20,000 nt of DNA from Perkinsus olseni (Eukaryota): positions 56,371-76,370 of the forward strand of contig JABANN010000089.1 in NCBI GenBank assembly GCA_013115125.1, given 5' to 3'. The first letter of the stretch is position 1; every line of letters begins with the position of its first letter. The notes below the pieces were generated by a model that was given only the letters and a program-made list of their open reading frames with translations, was not told where the DNA came from and searched no databases. Both the position numbers and the translations under genes were made by a program. This document shows positions 18,859-20,000 of this stretch, one piece after another.

Positions 18859-19772
18859 ATGCTCGACATTCTAGGCAGCAGCAGAACGTCAGATAAGCGC
18901 ACCTTACGGCAAAAGGCTCAGGGATATGAAATGCGGATTCGGAAGATGATCACCAAGGCGGGCGCTGCTGGTGTCACCGTCTTCGACTGGGATGATACCC
19001 TCTTCCCGACGGTCGACATTTTTTCACGACAAGAATCAACGGAGGAGTGTTGGTAGTATCCCAAGGGATCGGCCAAAGTGATCGTTGATGTGTCAGTGAA
19101 CAGCTGCAAGAGCTTGCCATAGTTGTGGAGAAGCTGCTCAAGTGTTGCCTCCGTGTGGGGCCTGTTATCATCGTCACCAACTCTGAGAAGGGTTGGGTAG
19201 AGTATAGCGCGCAAACATACTTTCCCTCCCTGACTAAGGTATATACCACACCTCCAACTACTTCTAGGGACCTTCCTTCCGCAGGTGCTGCAGCATTGTC
19301 GCGTTATATCTGCGAGAACTGCTTATGAGGAACAATACCCCGAGGATCGTTATACAGACGCTTCGTCAATATGGAAGTTCCTTGCCTTTTCTCTTTTGTT
19401 GAGCGAGTTCAAGCCCTCTCAGGTAAGTATCGAGCATTGTTTCTGTTTATGTATTCAGCTGGGTTTCTTCAGTTAATCTCGATAGGAGATTCAGTAAAAG
19501 AACGGCAAGCGTGCTTAAAAGTGACCGCTGCCTCCACGTCTCGTTGCCTCCCCAAGAGCGTTAAATTGGTTAGCGCACCCACTAGTGGGACCCTCATTCG
19601 CGAGCTCACTTTGCTCAGGCGGTTGTTCGAAGTAAGGCAACTCTTCCACCTTGGTCTCTCTTCGAGTTTTCGCTCTGCTCAGGATCTATTCACCTTCAAT
19701 GGCCCGGTGGACATTTTATTCGATGGAGAGGACTTTCAGTTGCGGACCGGTCATAATAGTATCAGTCTGTAA
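18859..19772 (+). CDS. HAD-superfamily hydrolase-like protein (DWDDTL family), multi-exon
   Basis: Motif I VFDWDDTLFPT, motif II IIVTNSEKGWV, VISAR, motif III WK and motif IV ISIGDS..ER, then KSVKL..P, joined by ~45-60 nt GT-AG introns. Confidence 0.85.
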
Positions 19773-19928
19773 ATGGGATTACTCTCCCCAGGCGTCCACA
19801 GTAGTTGTTGCTGTCATCCGACTAGTTATCAGCAACAGCAACGACGTCAACAATAGTAGATATATTTCGTGTAGTTTTTCTAATATAAGAGACTCAACTT
19901 CTGATGTTCGGTAGATAATGATAAGTCT

Positions 19929-19999
<71 letters not shown>

Positions 20000-20000
20000 G
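19929..20000 (+). repeat. (TTG)n microsatellite, at least 24 copies, running off the window
   Basis: Perfect TTG repeats to the window end. Confidence 0.98.

Noticed and set aside
19929-20000. Terminal repeat as a telomere or CRISPR-like array
   Set aside because: It is a simple (TTG)n microsatellite, not a TTTAGGG/TTAGGG-type repeat, and has no spacers.

Overview
Gene-dense protist genomic DNA with many ~45-65 nt GT-AG introns. It looks like an alveolate, most plausibly Perkinsus; this is inferred from gene architecture and protein families, not from a search. Identifiable genes are RPLP0 (-, 2 exons), a Dpy-30 + GAF-like radial-spoke RSP2-like protein, a possibly plastid-targeted unknown protein, a Cys-rich zinc-finger protein, a Ctf4/AND-1 (WDHD1) homolog apparently lacking its N-terminal WD40 domain, a Cys2-type MetX-family serine O-acyltransferase, a calmodulin-like EF-hand protein and a HAD-like hydrolase, plus several hypotheticals. 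The main signal missed by the ORF track is a minus-strand snoRNA cluster in and downstream of RPLP0. It holds two diverged full-length snR30/U17 H/ACA snoRNAs with compensatory base changes (one intronic, one downstream), a third partial copy at an assembly gap, a U31/snR67-like C/D snoRNA and further C/D candidates. Also present are a palindrome-rich MITE-like element at ~16.4-16.7 kb, a tRNA 3'-half-like B-box element, a few unusually long structured introns, a 96-N gap and a terminal (TTG)n microsatellite.
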